Origin: Macrostomum hystrix
Taxonomy: Eukaryota; Animalia; Platyhelminthes
DNA length: 64,000 nucleotides
Reading direction: 5' to 3'
Assembly (NCBI GenBank): GCA_950097015.1
Contig: CATNEN010000034.1
Span: forward strand, 1 to 64,000
The notes below the pieces were generated by a model. The model had not been told where the DNA came from, searched no databases, and was given only the letters and a program-made list of their open reading frames with translations. This document shows positions 1 to 10,983 of the stretch, piece after piece. Position 1 is the stretch's first letter. Each line of letters opens with the position of its first letter. The translations under genes were made by a program, and so were the position numbers.

Positions 1-74
1 GTGGTCTGAATTGGATCTAGTTTCCTGTTGTCTATGGTCTAAATTGGATATAGTTCCCTGTTGTCTGAAATGGG

Positions 75-470
75 TAATGAGTATCGGGTTAAGGGTAATG
101 AGCATTGGATAGGGGAATGAGCAACGGAGAAGTATGAGCATCGAGAAGTGTTGAGCATTCGGAACGGGTAAGTGAGCAACGAAGAAGGGTTATGAGCATT
201 GGATTAGGGTAATGAGCAATCGAGAGGGTAATGGGCAACGAGAAGGGGTAATGAGCAACAGAGAAGTGCAATGAGCATTAGGGAAGGGTAATGAGCAACG
301 AAGAAGGGTTATGAGCATTGGAGAGGGTAATGAGCATCGGAGAGGGTAATGAGCATCGGAGAGGACCTAATGAGCATCCGAGAGGGTTATGAGCATCGGA
401 GAGGGTTATGACCATCGGAGAGGGTAATGAGCATCAGAGAGGGTTATGAGCATCAGAGAGGGTTATGAGC
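75..470. repeat. Degenerate ~19-20 bp minisatellite (gagggtaatgagcatcgga) in a DDX27 intron
   Basis: Directly visible tandem units. Confidence 0.9.
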
Positions 471-533
471 AGTTGGTACAAAGACTGGCAGGGACGTTAA
501 AGAACTAATGTGGAATACAGAAACGAATCTCAC

Positions 534-711
534 CTGTCTGGTAGGTGAGCACAGGCGGACAATTTTCTTTAATCTGCTCAATGAAGAACTCGTCAATAAG
601 CTTGTCAGCTTCGTCTAGCACCAGGATTCAATGTTGCGCAGGTGAAAAACTTGGCGCATTGTGCGCGTGATCGATGAGTCGGCCTGGAGTGGCAACGACA
701 ATGTCCGGGCC
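534..711 (-). CDS. DDX27: DDX27 exon 2 (motifs Ib and II); the gene continues beyond the left edge of the window
   Basis: Acceptor ttttcaag, then GPDIVVATPGRLIDH..LVLDEADKL..IVRLCSPTRQ across indels. Donor GTGAG at 533-529. Confidence 0.8.
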
Positions 712-806
712 CTTGAAAAAAAGGAAATTAAAACAAGAACATTTTGGTTCAAGCCGAAAATTACTAGTTTATTAAGACCAACAACAGCCTGTAGAAGTAC
801 ACTGAC

Positions 807-1753
807 CTGCCTGAGCGCAGCCTCCTGGCCTCTCAGATCCAAAACCGCCGGCCGAGAGGCTCAGCGACACCCGCCTGCCGCAGTAGCGCAGCAGCTGCTC
901 AGCCACGCTGTGGATCTGCACCGCCAGCTCCCTGGTGGGGCTCAGCACCAGGACTCGGGTCACGGGCGGCCCGGCCGGCTTATAGAGCAGGCGCTCGATG
1001 ACAGGCAACGAAGGCGGCCGTCTTGCCGCTGCCGGTGCGGGCGCAGGCGCAAGATGTCGCGCCCGGCCAGGGCACGGGAATGCAGGCCGCCTGGATTGGC
1101 GTCGGGCGCGGCCAGGCGAGCTCGGCCAGGGGCTCGGTGCAGCGGCCGGGATAGGTTCAACGCCATGGAAGCTGGAGCACGGCCGGCAGGTCCGGCTTGT
1201 CGATCTCGTCGGCGAAGCCCGGCGTAGCGGACGCGCCGGCCCGTTTGCGAGCCTTCTTGGCCTTCAGCTTGGACTTCGTCGGCGTCGACCAAGTCAGATC
1301 GACGGCGACTGCAGCGGCAGGTTCCGTCAGGTCCTGATCCGCGTCCGGCTCGATTCTGCCGGCTTCCGAAGACTCCTGCAGTCGGCGCTGAATGAGAGCG
1401 TCGACGCTGGTCTTCTCGCCGTGGGCTCGCAGTCGAATAGGCTCGCCAGGCGGCTCTGGCTGGGGATACGGGTGGGGAGGCTTCGCTGCGGACGCCGCCG
1501 GCAGGTCGAATTTGAAGTCGGGATTCAGCGCGACTTCTTCGTCATCGTCGTCGTTATCAGCGTCGGTGTCTTGCTTATCAAGGCTTTCGTCTCGCATAGA
1601 GATATCGGCTGACTCCTGCTGCTGCTGCTGTTGCTGGCGCAGCTTCCTCTTGGCACCAGCTTTCTGCTGCTTCTTTTTCTTCTTCGCGTCACGCCGGCTG
1701 TCTAGCGGTGCCTGGCCGGCAGGCCGGGAAGGCTTTACTGGCTGCGGCTTCAT
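807..1753 (-). CDS. DDX27: DEAD-box RNA helicase DDX27/Drs1, coding exon 1 (about 6 single-base indels near 990-1180)
   Basis: K/D/E-rich N-terminus (NPDFKF). Across frameshifts it reads SFHGLNLSRPL..PTPIQAACIP..GRDICACARTGSGKTAAF, then LPVIERLLYKP..TRVLVLSPTRELAVQ (Q motif, motifs I and Ia). Donor GTCAGT at 806-801. Confidence 0.85.
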
Positions 1754-2112
1754 GCTAGATGGAAATGCTGCTTGATGCGGATTGCGGCCGCGGGCTGCGG
1801 AACGGGTGGATTTTAAATGTTGCTACTGTTGATATATGTTAATGTAATTTCAACACCATATCTATTCACCTGTTTGGTTTTCTCTCGCTTCTTTCTTTGC
1901 TATTTCTTGTTGCTGTTTTTTCCAATGCCCCCCACCAATATCCTCAGTCGACAGGCAACGCTTGGTGTCTGCTATAGAGCAGGGGCAACACTAAAAGCCG
2001 TAGCAGCTATCCTTCAGGTAGGGTTCAGGCGTTACCAAAAGGTGGTAAAAAGGAATCGTGCAAAAATGTTTGACTGTTTGATCGTTAGATTGTTATGCCT
2101 TCCTAATTCTCG

Positions 2113-2282
2113 TTTTGATTGTCCCTTAACTCTATGGCCGAATAGCTGAGCTGCGCGCGGGAGACCCATCCGATAGCATGAGACCACAGACATTATCATT
2201 TTGATTGTCCTTAACTCTATGGCCGAATAGCTGAGCTGCGCGCGGGAGACCCATCCGATAGCATGAGACCACAGACATTATC
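2113..2282. repeat. Tandem duplication of an ~86 bp unit (ttttgattgtcc...cacagacattatc)
   Basis: Two near-identical adjacent copies at about 2113-2197 and 2199-2282. Confidence 0.9.
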
Positions 2283-2329
2283 GTTTTGAATGTCCAAATT
2301 ATCATTTAGATTGACAATAGCGATACTAT

Positions 2330-3017
2330 GCCAGTGACTGCACAGTTACTAGTACACTAGGAACAGCGTACCACCATTGACATCATAGATGACAAATCGG
2401 GCATAAGTGGGTCGATGGATGGTACCTTGGCTGTTGCGTCCAGAGGACAAGGCTCAAGTGCATCGAATGCTCAGTCAAAGAAGATATATACCATCGACTT
2501 GGGACTTAACGAGATGGATATTCCGATAGCCCAAAGCCCAATTAGCAGTCCAAGCAAGTTCCGTTCTGAACGCTCTGCAGCGATGTCTCTGTGCCCTGGG
2601 ATGCTGAAGGAGTTGTAATGGCTGATGTCTTGGAAGACCAGCGGACAACCAATGCAGAATGCAGTCTATTTTGAGTCCCTGCTGCGAAAAGAACTGTGGA
2701 AAGAACTGACTAGAAAGCGGCTTAGAAATAATCTTTGTCGGCGATTCCGATTCCACCATCACAACGCAACTGCACACTGCATATTCACATCGAGATGTCT
2801 AGATGCGTGAATTTTTTAGCTGTCAAGAAGGATGCTGCACCGGGGTGTCAGCCACCAGTGTCCAAATTTCTATTCATGTCGCTATTCAGGAGCGACGGCG
2901 CCACCGCATCGAGGAAGTGTCTAATTATGGATGGGGGCTATCACGAAAAATGTCTCTTTATTAGGATTTTTCTAAGAAAAGCTATTTATCATCATTTCTA
3001 TTCTACTGACCGTCGTA
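2330..3017 (+). mobile_element. Degenerate mariner (Tc1/mariner) transposon relic: 3' part with right TIR
   Basis: Fragments in shifting frames: WMVPWLLRPEDK (WVPxxL motif), WDAEGVVMADVLEDQRTTNA, FHHHNATAH (HDNA-like) and KCLIMDGGYHEK (mariner C-terminus). Ends ttctactgaccgtcg|TA at 3001-3017, resembling mariner TIR ends. No left TIR found. Confidence 0.7.
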
Positions 3018-3274
3018 CAGCTCACACGAGCATTGAACAGCATATTCAACTAGCAGATTTTAATTTGGCAAGGATAAAATAAGATCTTTGAGGCCACAGT
3101 TTTAGGGAAGAAAAATCAATGATTTATATACGAGTGTATTTAATTAAAATAATCTAGCAAAGCAAACTCATCCAGGGGTATTATTCGCAAAACAGACTAC
3201 TCACACAAGTAGATTAACATGAATGTATATAAGGAAATGCATGGCAAAAATGGAAAAATGCTGTTAAAGCTATA

Positions 3275-3848
3275 TTAAAGAGGCCGCGATCGCAAAAGCA
3301 GCAGGGAGTGCTGCCGCGGATCCGCAAACTCCGGCAGCGGCTGAACATCCTCGCAGCGCCATTCCAGCCAATCAGAAGATGCCGCCGCCTTCACTCGATC
3401 GAAGAAGGCCACCTCGCCAGCCAATCCGCGCCGCTTGTAAACAAACGCGCAGACAAGGCCGGCGGCATACGATCGCGATTTCAAAAGCGGCAGCAGAATG
3501 ACATCAAACAGCGCCACCGAGGCGGCAACATCAAAGAACAAATCGGCGCCAATCACAAGCCAGCCAATCGCGGCCAAGAAGCAGCTCGTGATCTGGTCGG
3601 GCCCAGTCCAGGGCGGCAACTTCAATTGCGCTTAACTCCGGGATTGTGGCGGAGTTGGCGGCGAGTGAGTGGCGCAGATGCGGCAGAGCGTTGACGGCGT
3701 CGGTGGCGACCACGTTGGCACCGCGACAGGCGCAAACTAGCGAGGGCAGGGCCGCAGCCGGCGCCCAGCTCCAGGACGGGCCGGGTCTGCCGGATAGTGA
3801 ACGGAGCTCAGGCGGCAGGCAGTCGGCTGAGCGGTCAATTAGAGAGGC
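3275..3848 (-). CDS. METTL21A: METTL21-family protein-lysine methyltransferase, exon 2 (3 indels)
   Basis: VLELGAGCG(L)PSL (SAM motif I, out of frame between two compensating indels), VVATD, ALDW, LVIGADLFFD. Acceptor aatacag at 3849-3850. Confidence 0.75.
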
Positions 3849-4029
3849 CTGTATTGTTCGCGAAGTGGGAAACGTAGGATTCTCTACTCTACTCTCACCT
3901 CATTCTTGCTAATTCATTTTCCCATATTCTTTCTTCACAGTTTTCTCTATATTCATTTTGCCTTCTTAACTATCACTTTTTCTTCTCTCCTCATCTCTTT
4001 CCGGTTTTCCCGTTTATCATCTCTTACAG

Positions 4030-4350
4030 TATCTATTCTCCGCTTCTTATCTCTCCCTATTCTCCGCTTCTTATCTCTCCCTATTCTCCGCTTCTTATCT
4101 CTCCTATTCTCCGCTTCTTATCTCTCCCTATTCTCCGCTTCTTATCTCTCCTATTCTCCGCTTCTTATCTCTCCCTATTCTCTGCTTCTTATCTCTCCCT
4201 ATTCTCCGCTTCTTATCTCTCCCTATTCTCCGCTTCTTATACTCTCCCTATTCTCCGCTTCTTATCTCTCCCTATTGTCCGCTTCTTATCTCTCCCTATT
4301 GTCCGCTTCTTATCTCTCCCTATTCTCCGCTTCTTATCTCTCCCTACTCT
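4030..4350. repeat. ~24 bp minisatellite (ctattctccgcttcttatctctcc) in the METTL21A intron
   Basis: Visible tandem units; explains spurious ORF 3906-4505. Confidence 0.9.
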
Positions 4351-4437
4351 ATCCTCCTAATCTCACTCTATTCTCCCCTTACTCATATCTCCTTATTCTC
4401 CCCTTCCCATCTCTCCCTACTCTCACCCCCAGCTCAC

Positions 4438-4614
4438 CAGCAGGAAGCCGGCACTCCACAGCCGCAGTCCTGTGTTACCCTGGGCGGGTCCAATTGGGCC
4501 GCTAGTCAAGTCCTGCCGAACCGCCAGACGCCGGCCGGCCAAACAGAAGTTGCGCAGCGGACTGTCGCGCTCGTCGGCGTAGGGACTGTCGAAACGCCAG
4601 GGCACTAGCGACAT
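4438..4614 (-). CDS. METTL21A: METTL21A-like exon 1
   Basis: MSLVPW...RNFCLAGRRLAVRQDL...TGLRLWSAGFLL resembles the METTL21A N-terminus. Donor GTGAG at 4437-4433; 177 nt, phase 0. Confidence 0.75.
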
Positions 4615-5274
4615 GGTAGGCGGTCAGGTAGATTGGGGAACGGCCTGTCCTGGCTGAAAGCTGTTTGGGTTTTTAATACATTTAATTTTATAGTAGTAAG
4701 CTTTTAAATATAATATAAAATGACTTTTTTTAAACTACGAATGTTCTTGTTCTAATACTGTAGAAGAAAAAATCATTTGGATTTGTAAGTGAAGATTTTA
4801 TAGAAGTAAAATAGTGAGATAAAAATAGCGAATGTATCTTTTTAATACCGGAAAAAAGACATTAACTAGTGACAGAAATAAAAAAATTCATAAAAACTTT
4901 AAGAAAAGTGCAAAGCTAGAAGAGTACCAAAATAGAAGATAAAAAACTATAGTTACAAGAAGTCTTAAAAAATAAAAAAGTCTACGAAAGCATTTAGCTC
5001 GTGTATAAGAGTAGCAAAAATCAAATCAACATTTTTATGTGAAAAAACGCGAAAATTTCCTATCTCGCTAGTGCATTTTGCGTTAAAATCTGCCTTTTAA
5101 AATTTTTCCAAGAAACAAGTGTCCCGTAATTCTTCTAATGGTCCTTGGTGCAGCAATCATCGCAGCATTATAGCGTTCTAGCATTAGGATGCGATTCAGA
5201 ACATAATTGTTTTCCCCGAACCACAGATCTAAGAAGCTAGGGATAAGTCATATGCGATTCAAGTTATGTAGACA

Positions 5275-6490
5275 TGAGCAGCTGCTCCACCGAGGGAACG
5301 TCCTCGTCTGAACCTGTGTCTTCTGAGGCGGCTGCCAATTTGTCTGAAAAATTAAATTGTTCGAAAAGGCAGTCAGGAAAATGTATTCCACGAATTCGAA
5401 ACTTAAGAGCATTTAGCTTAGATAAACCAACTGATGATGGGTAAATTCCTTATGCCTTAAAAAACTGCAGAACTATTGAAAAAATACAATAATAGTAATA
5501 ATAATAATAATAATTGATTACATCTGCCCCAATTGGGCCAGATGTGCAGCCGACAGCACAGCCGCAGCTATTGCGCGGCGCATCTGAAGGTCGCGCACAG
5601 CTGTTAAGTCCATGGACTGGGGGGACGCCACACCTACCTACAATTACCCCAGCTGGGTGAACTGAAGCAATGCAGAGTTAAGTGCTTTGCTAAAGGACAC
5701 AAATTGTTCCAGTGGAGTCGGGAATCGAACCCCTCGGCCTTCAAGTCGTGAGTCGAACGCCCAAGTCTAACTACAAGGAACTACAAGGCTACAACCCCAT
5801 GATAGCAGAATAATAAGAGCTATATACCAATAGCAGTATAATTCTGCCATTTGAATGTATTATATCTTCGTAGATATAATATATTACTCAGCTATTGGCA
5901 GCAGTATAATTCTGCCATTTGTCCTACCATAAATACAGAAATGCGTGTACGAGTACAAATACCTACAAAAAACTACAATATTGCATATTGATAACGCTCG
6001 ATAAAATTATTATTCTTGCTGAAGAAAATAGTAATTAAAAACACAGAAAGGCGATTTAAACAAAAAAACAAAAAATTGACGTCCTCACTTTGCTATTATA
6101 TTTGAGCAGAAAAAGACAACAAGCTTAATGAAAAGGCCTGTGGTAGCCAAATAGATAGCTTAGCCATGAAAATCAAATGCTGAAGTATAAATTGCCAAGA
6201 GTAAACAATAAATCACATAGCCACTGCTGATAATTAAGAAGTAGCTGTAGCACCTAACAATGAAATGCCCTTTCTATTACATCACATTATCATACTTTTA
6301 AACAGAAAGAACGCAAAATTTATAGCTAGTCAAGCTAGAGATACTACGCTCGTAGCTAGATAGTAATAGCTAGAAATACAGATGCTAATCGAATGTTTCA
6401 GAAGTACAGGATAGCAGAAACATTCCCTGATAATTTACTTATAATTCATCAAACAAACCAAATGAGCTCCAATGCTCAATCTGTCTTTCT
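5275..6490 (-). pseudogene. Truncated third copy of the TRIM-like gene: upstream region plus first ~22 codons, interrupted by a SINE
   Basis: 5277-5420 is nearly identical to 12837-12980, and 6050-6480 is homologous to 13170-13560. The ATG reads ATTG and homology stops just before the RING domain. Confidence 0.8.
5496..5797 (-). mobile_element. tRNA-derived CORE-type SINE with (ATT)n tail
   Basis: Reverse complement of the 14338-14647 copy; A/B boxes, CORE-like block and ATT tail. Confidence 0.85.
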
Positions 6491-6672
6491 TGCGACTATA
6501 AAAACATTGATAGCATCGTCATGCACAACTTAAAGAAAAATAGTATTGATCATCACTAGAATGGTCAGTAGAAAAACCTAGAAATTTAACAACTAATAAA
6601 AATATAGCCCAAGTCTTAACACACAGACACACGGTTGCAATCGACTCCGCCAAAACCGCAAAAATCAGAAAA

Positions 6673-8508
6673 TCACATTGCTGAAGCGTCGATGGAGACA
6701 AACTCGATCGACCTGCCCGAAGCGCTGATCAGAAGCAGCAAGTCGCGGTTCCCCATCCGCACTAAAGTCGACGCTCTCGAAACTGGACTCTTCAATTCGA
6801 GAGCCTGGAGCACCTGGCTGCTACTTCTTAATGCAACAATTCGCTTGCCCTCGACTAGAACTGCTCCGCCGTTCCCAGCACTGAACAGTGCCACACCTGG
6901 ATCCACGGCAGTCCGACGGCGCCGACCCAGCAGCTTAGTGAGCTGCGGCAGCTCGGAGACCAAGCGACTGTCGATGTCTACTCTGGACAGCGTGCCATCA
7001 CCTGGATCAACCAGAATGAAGTTCGGGCAGACTGAGAACACTGACGTGAATGAAGAGGCCGAGAGGGCAACACTGCGAATCTGCTGCAGATTTTTAGAAT
7101 CGTAAACAGAAACGTAGGAAACATCATAGAGCGAGTGATACACCATAATCTGATCCGACTGGTGGCTGTAGTTCCACAGTTTGGAGTTTTCAATTTCAAC
7201 TGATTTTAACGACTGGCCACACGCACTCGCAGTAAAAAGTCCATAATGAAGCGCAACAATGAAACCTAGCGAACATCCGAAAATAGCATGAAAGTTTTCT
7301 GCATTCCTAAAAGGGAAGGGAAAACAAATACGGACTACTGCACCAAAAAGTAGCTGGCATTCTGGAAAACTAAATAGCTGAAACTCGCGAGATGAGCGAT
7401 TCGACTGGAACTGCACAAATATAATGGACTTTGGAAGCTTTACACTCTCTTTGTCATGCTGAGTTGCGAAAACTCTTAATTTCGAATCCATCCACAGACT
7501 AACATCTGACAAGCAGACAGCGTGCACTGGGACTCCAGAAAACACAACAGGCTTAGCATCCATAACCAGCAAGGGGGTCTCAGGCGAAAGTGTTCGATTA
7601 AGAATAGGCTCTAAAATGTCGCACATCTTCTCAAAATCGTCTTGAAGAACCTCAACGCTGCACTCAGCAGCTGACTTCACCTCATCAGAGACTGTTGCGA
7701 GTGACGCATCCAGGTGCTCCAGCTGCCGCAGAGCTCTCCTCGTCTCCTCAACCAGCTGCACAGCACTGCGACCATTCTCAGACTCAGACGCGTCAGAATC
7801 AAAGCTCGACTGAAACTGCTCAAGCTTCGCTCGCACCGACTCGAAACTCTCAATGCAGCTCGAGCATCTCTCAATGTCAATCCGAACTGCCTTCGTTGCC
7901 AACGTCTCTGCGTCCTCAAGCAGCTCTCTCAGTCCATCAAACTTGGACTCCACCTCTTGCAGTGTGGCCTCAACACTCTGCTTTTTGTTTGCTGCCTCTG
8001 CAAGACCTGCTGCTAAACGGCTTGCTGGCGACAGTGCATCAGCGACTGGCTCTCTCAGTGAGGCGATCTCTGCGGACAGCTTGTCCTGCTCCAACTTGAG
8101 ATGCTGCTTGCACATGGCTTGGTTAGAGTAAACGGACACGTCCTTCCACGTATTCTGACATCCCTGGGATGAGCACAGCTGTAGTGACGGTTCAGCACCT
8201 TTATCTTTCACAGACTTGTTCGAGAGCTTGGATGCAATTTTTACGGTTCTTGCAAACTGCAGCTTGGTAGCATCGCGCTTCAACTTCAAGGACTCCGAGG
8301 GAAGCTGAAGTGACACCTGGCACACACGGCAACTCCCAGAGCACCAGTCGCTGGCATTTCTGAGTGAGTCTACACAGGTGAGACAGACAGAGTGAGAGCA
8401 AGGCAGCAGTCTAGGATCAGACACCATTTGCTGGCACACTGAGCAGGTGAGCAGCTCCTCCACGGATGGCACGGAATCGGCATCTTCTTCTGACAAAGCG
8501 GTTGCCAT
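6673..8508 (-). CDS. Intronless RING / degenerate B-box / coiled-coil (TRIM-like) E3 ligase, 611 aa, with an unrecognised beta-rich C-terminal domain (copy A)
   Basis: RING CSVC-x11-C-x-H-x2-C-x2-C...CRVC; C-x4-C...C-x2-H B-box-like segment; heptad-rich helical region. The ORF is open for 1836 nt. Confidence 0.85.
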   Translation of the reverse strand: MATALSEEDADSVPSVEELLTCSVCQQMVSDPRLLPCSHSVCLTCVDSLRNASDWCSGSCRVCQVSLQLPSESLKLKRDATKLQFARTVKIASKLSNKSVKDKGAEPSLQLCSSQGCQNTWKDVSVYSNQAMCKQHLKLEQDKLSAEIASLREPVADALSPASRLAAGLAEAANKKQSVEATLQEVESKFDGLRELLEDAETLATKAVRIDIERCSSCIESFESVRAKLEQFQSSFDSDASESENGRSAVQLVEETRRALRQLEHLDASLATVSDEVKSAAECSVEVLQDDFEKMCDILEPILNRTLSPETPLLVMDAKPVVFSGVPVHAVCLSDVSLWMDSKLRVFATQHDKESVKLPKSIIFVQFQSNRSSREFQLFSFPECQLLFGAVVRICFPFPFRNAENFHAIFGCSLGFIVALHYGLFTASACGQSLKSVEIENSKLWNYSHQSDQIMVYHSLYDVSYVSVYDSKNLQQIRSVALSASSFTSVFSVCPNFILVDPGDGTLSRVDIDSRLVSELPQLTKLLGRRRRTAVDPGVALFSAGNGGAVLVEGKRIVALRSSSQVLQALELKSPVSRASTLVRMGNRDLLLLISASGRSIEFVSIDASAM

Positions 8509-8819
8509 GCAAGCCTGCTGAAATGTCGATTATTAAAAAAACTGCCCAGCAATTCGAAAAATACAAATAGCAGTATAACCCTACCATAAAACACCATGTA
8601 CGAGTACAAATACCTAACCATCTAACTGACTAACTATAGTGATGCTGTTGTGCAATTAATGAAAATGAAACACGAAAATACTAGCTAATTAGCTCCTATT
8701 GAAACTATTCAGCATTAATTTAGTAGAAGGATTGATACATACTTTGCAACTATCTTGGAAGAGAGTAGCAAAGAGAGAAAAAGTTTGAATCAGCTTCCGG
8801 CCAGAATGGAACACATGAG

Positions 8820-9239
8820 TGTAGGCGGCGCCAGCCGTCACGCGTGCGTGGGGTTGGCGGCGTTCTGCGTCTTTCTCTCTGCCACCTTTCTACCCCCCTT
8901 GGCACGCACGTTAACTGATGTACGGGGTGCGGCTTTAGCCGCCACCCCAGCACAACTCGGCTGTTATAAAATATACTGAATCGCATTGAAATCCTGCTTG
9001 CGACGCCACTGTAGGAACTGAGAAATGCGACTGTTTGTAGTCGATAGCCGAAAAGTCACAAGAGCGATTTCAATGCGATTCAGTATATTTTATAACAGCC
9101 GAGTTGTGCTGGGGTGGCGGCTAAAGCCGCACCCCGTACATCAGTTAACGTGCGTGCCAAGGGGGGTAGAAAGGTGGCAGAGAGAAAGACGCAGAACGCC
9201 GCCAACCCCACGCACGCGTGACGGCTGGCGCCGCCTACA
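8820..9239. mobile_element. Foldback MITE with 174-bp perfect TIRs, TGT...ACA ends and 5-bp TSD ATGAG (Ginger-like non-autonomous element)
   Basis: 8820-8993 is the reverse complement of 9066-9239, with a 72-bp spacer. ATGAG occurs at 8815-8819 and 9240-9244. Confidence 0.85.
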
Positions 9240-10983
9240 ATGAGATGTAGCCACTCACACCAAATGCGTTCTAGCGTAGTCTCTCCAACGCACCGCTTCC
9301 TATGTGTTGATTTGCTAAACGCAGGCTACCAATGACAGCTTAACAACACGCTATATATATATAACATACGAAAGTGCGAAGCAGTCAACCGTTTTCCCAC
9401 TACCTTAGCTTCTTCCAACTCCTAGCCTCGCTAGCAAATCAATCTAAAGTTATAATAGTCAACCAGACTACGGACTCAATCACATAGACAACAGGCCTTA
9501 GCCTTGAACTGCTGAATATTCGACGAATCTGATAAGTACCACGTTCCTGACTGCTTCTTACTTAGTATTCTGATTGCTAACCATCATTGTGCATTGCTTG
9601 AACAACACCAGTAATACTATTGGAAATATAACACCTAAGAGAAGGTTTAACACCGCTGGAAACTTGAGTTGAACTTGCCGCTCATTGACTCAACATAGGA
9701 TATACGTATTTAGAACAGAGAGTTAGAGAGCATCATAGAGAAGATAACAATAAAGTATATCACACAGATTTCAGTCAGCTCTGTGAATCGATGCTATGGA
9801 TAAGGCAGTCATGTTTAATGATCAGCTAATCCTATCAGTGGTATAATCACAATGTGGGCAGCTTTTTGATCCTGTTCTAGCAAGCATTCTAATTTTCGAT
9901 TAGCTTTCTAATTTGAATATTTGCTAGGATAGACATCTATCTAATTCTAGCCTACCAAATAAAAGCATTCAGAATTTTTAATAAAAGAACAAAAAAAATC
10001 GACACAACTGATTCAACCGGCAAAAACGTTTTGCGGTTACATTTGGATCGTATATCGGCCTATATCTGCAGCTAGGCACATGAGAATCAATGACAAAAAA
10101 ACTTGCAAGAATAAAAATATTAGGTTTGTAAAAATTTATTGGAATAAAAGGTTAGTGTTACTAAAGCGAAAGAGCAGCATAAACGTTTAAAGACTCTTGG
10201 ATAATCACATGGTGACAAAGTACTGTGTGGCACGATTAGCAAAAGTACTTCCTTTATAATCGAGTTTTTGCTAGAAAATACTCGATTCATAATAAGTGCT
10301 AGCAAGAGCATTGATAAAACAAAAAAAGCATTCAAGGATGGTGTCCTGTGCGCTTAAAAAGGCATGAAAGATAAAAGACTGACTTGTCAACTTTGCTTTT
10401 GTAGATAGCATCCTCTTTTTGGATTAAAAGGTTTAAGCTTTATTGACTCATCTAAACGACCTGTTAAAAAGCATAATTTTGTCCCGGGATTCCGTTAATT
10501 TCAATCAGATTAATAACACCAGAATCATTGACCACTAATTTTCTCTTGAGATAAGAAACAAGGACATAAGAAGTCTATAAAGCGGTAACAGTTTAGGGTT
10601 CTGTAAATTCTACCGGATTTGGTCTTCTGGCAGTGTACCTAGATTTTGAATCCAGCAGTGCGTGTACCAGAATCAATACAATGCTACTGAAAAGCAATGC
10701 AACAAGCTTACAATTAAAGTCCGGACTACTTTTTTTCATTTTACTGTGTCAAAAGTTTATGGTCATTTGATTGAGAAGCAGGAAAAATAAATTTAAAAAA
10801 TACGCTTGATATATATTTCACTAAAAAAACATGTTTCTTTTAGCCATGTACTTAAGCTTGATTAAAGAAGCAAAAATACAATAGTAAAAAAATCTAGAGC
10901 TGTACGAGCCTGAAAAAGACTGAAGAACAGTATTATCGAAAAGAAGTCCTATCGAACTACATCGCAGTAATATGCTTATACTC

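Noticed and set aside
1925-2080. Possible HTH fragment (RAGATLKAVAAILQVG) belonging to the mariner relic
   Set aside because: Similarity is too weak to assign, and no left TIR was found.
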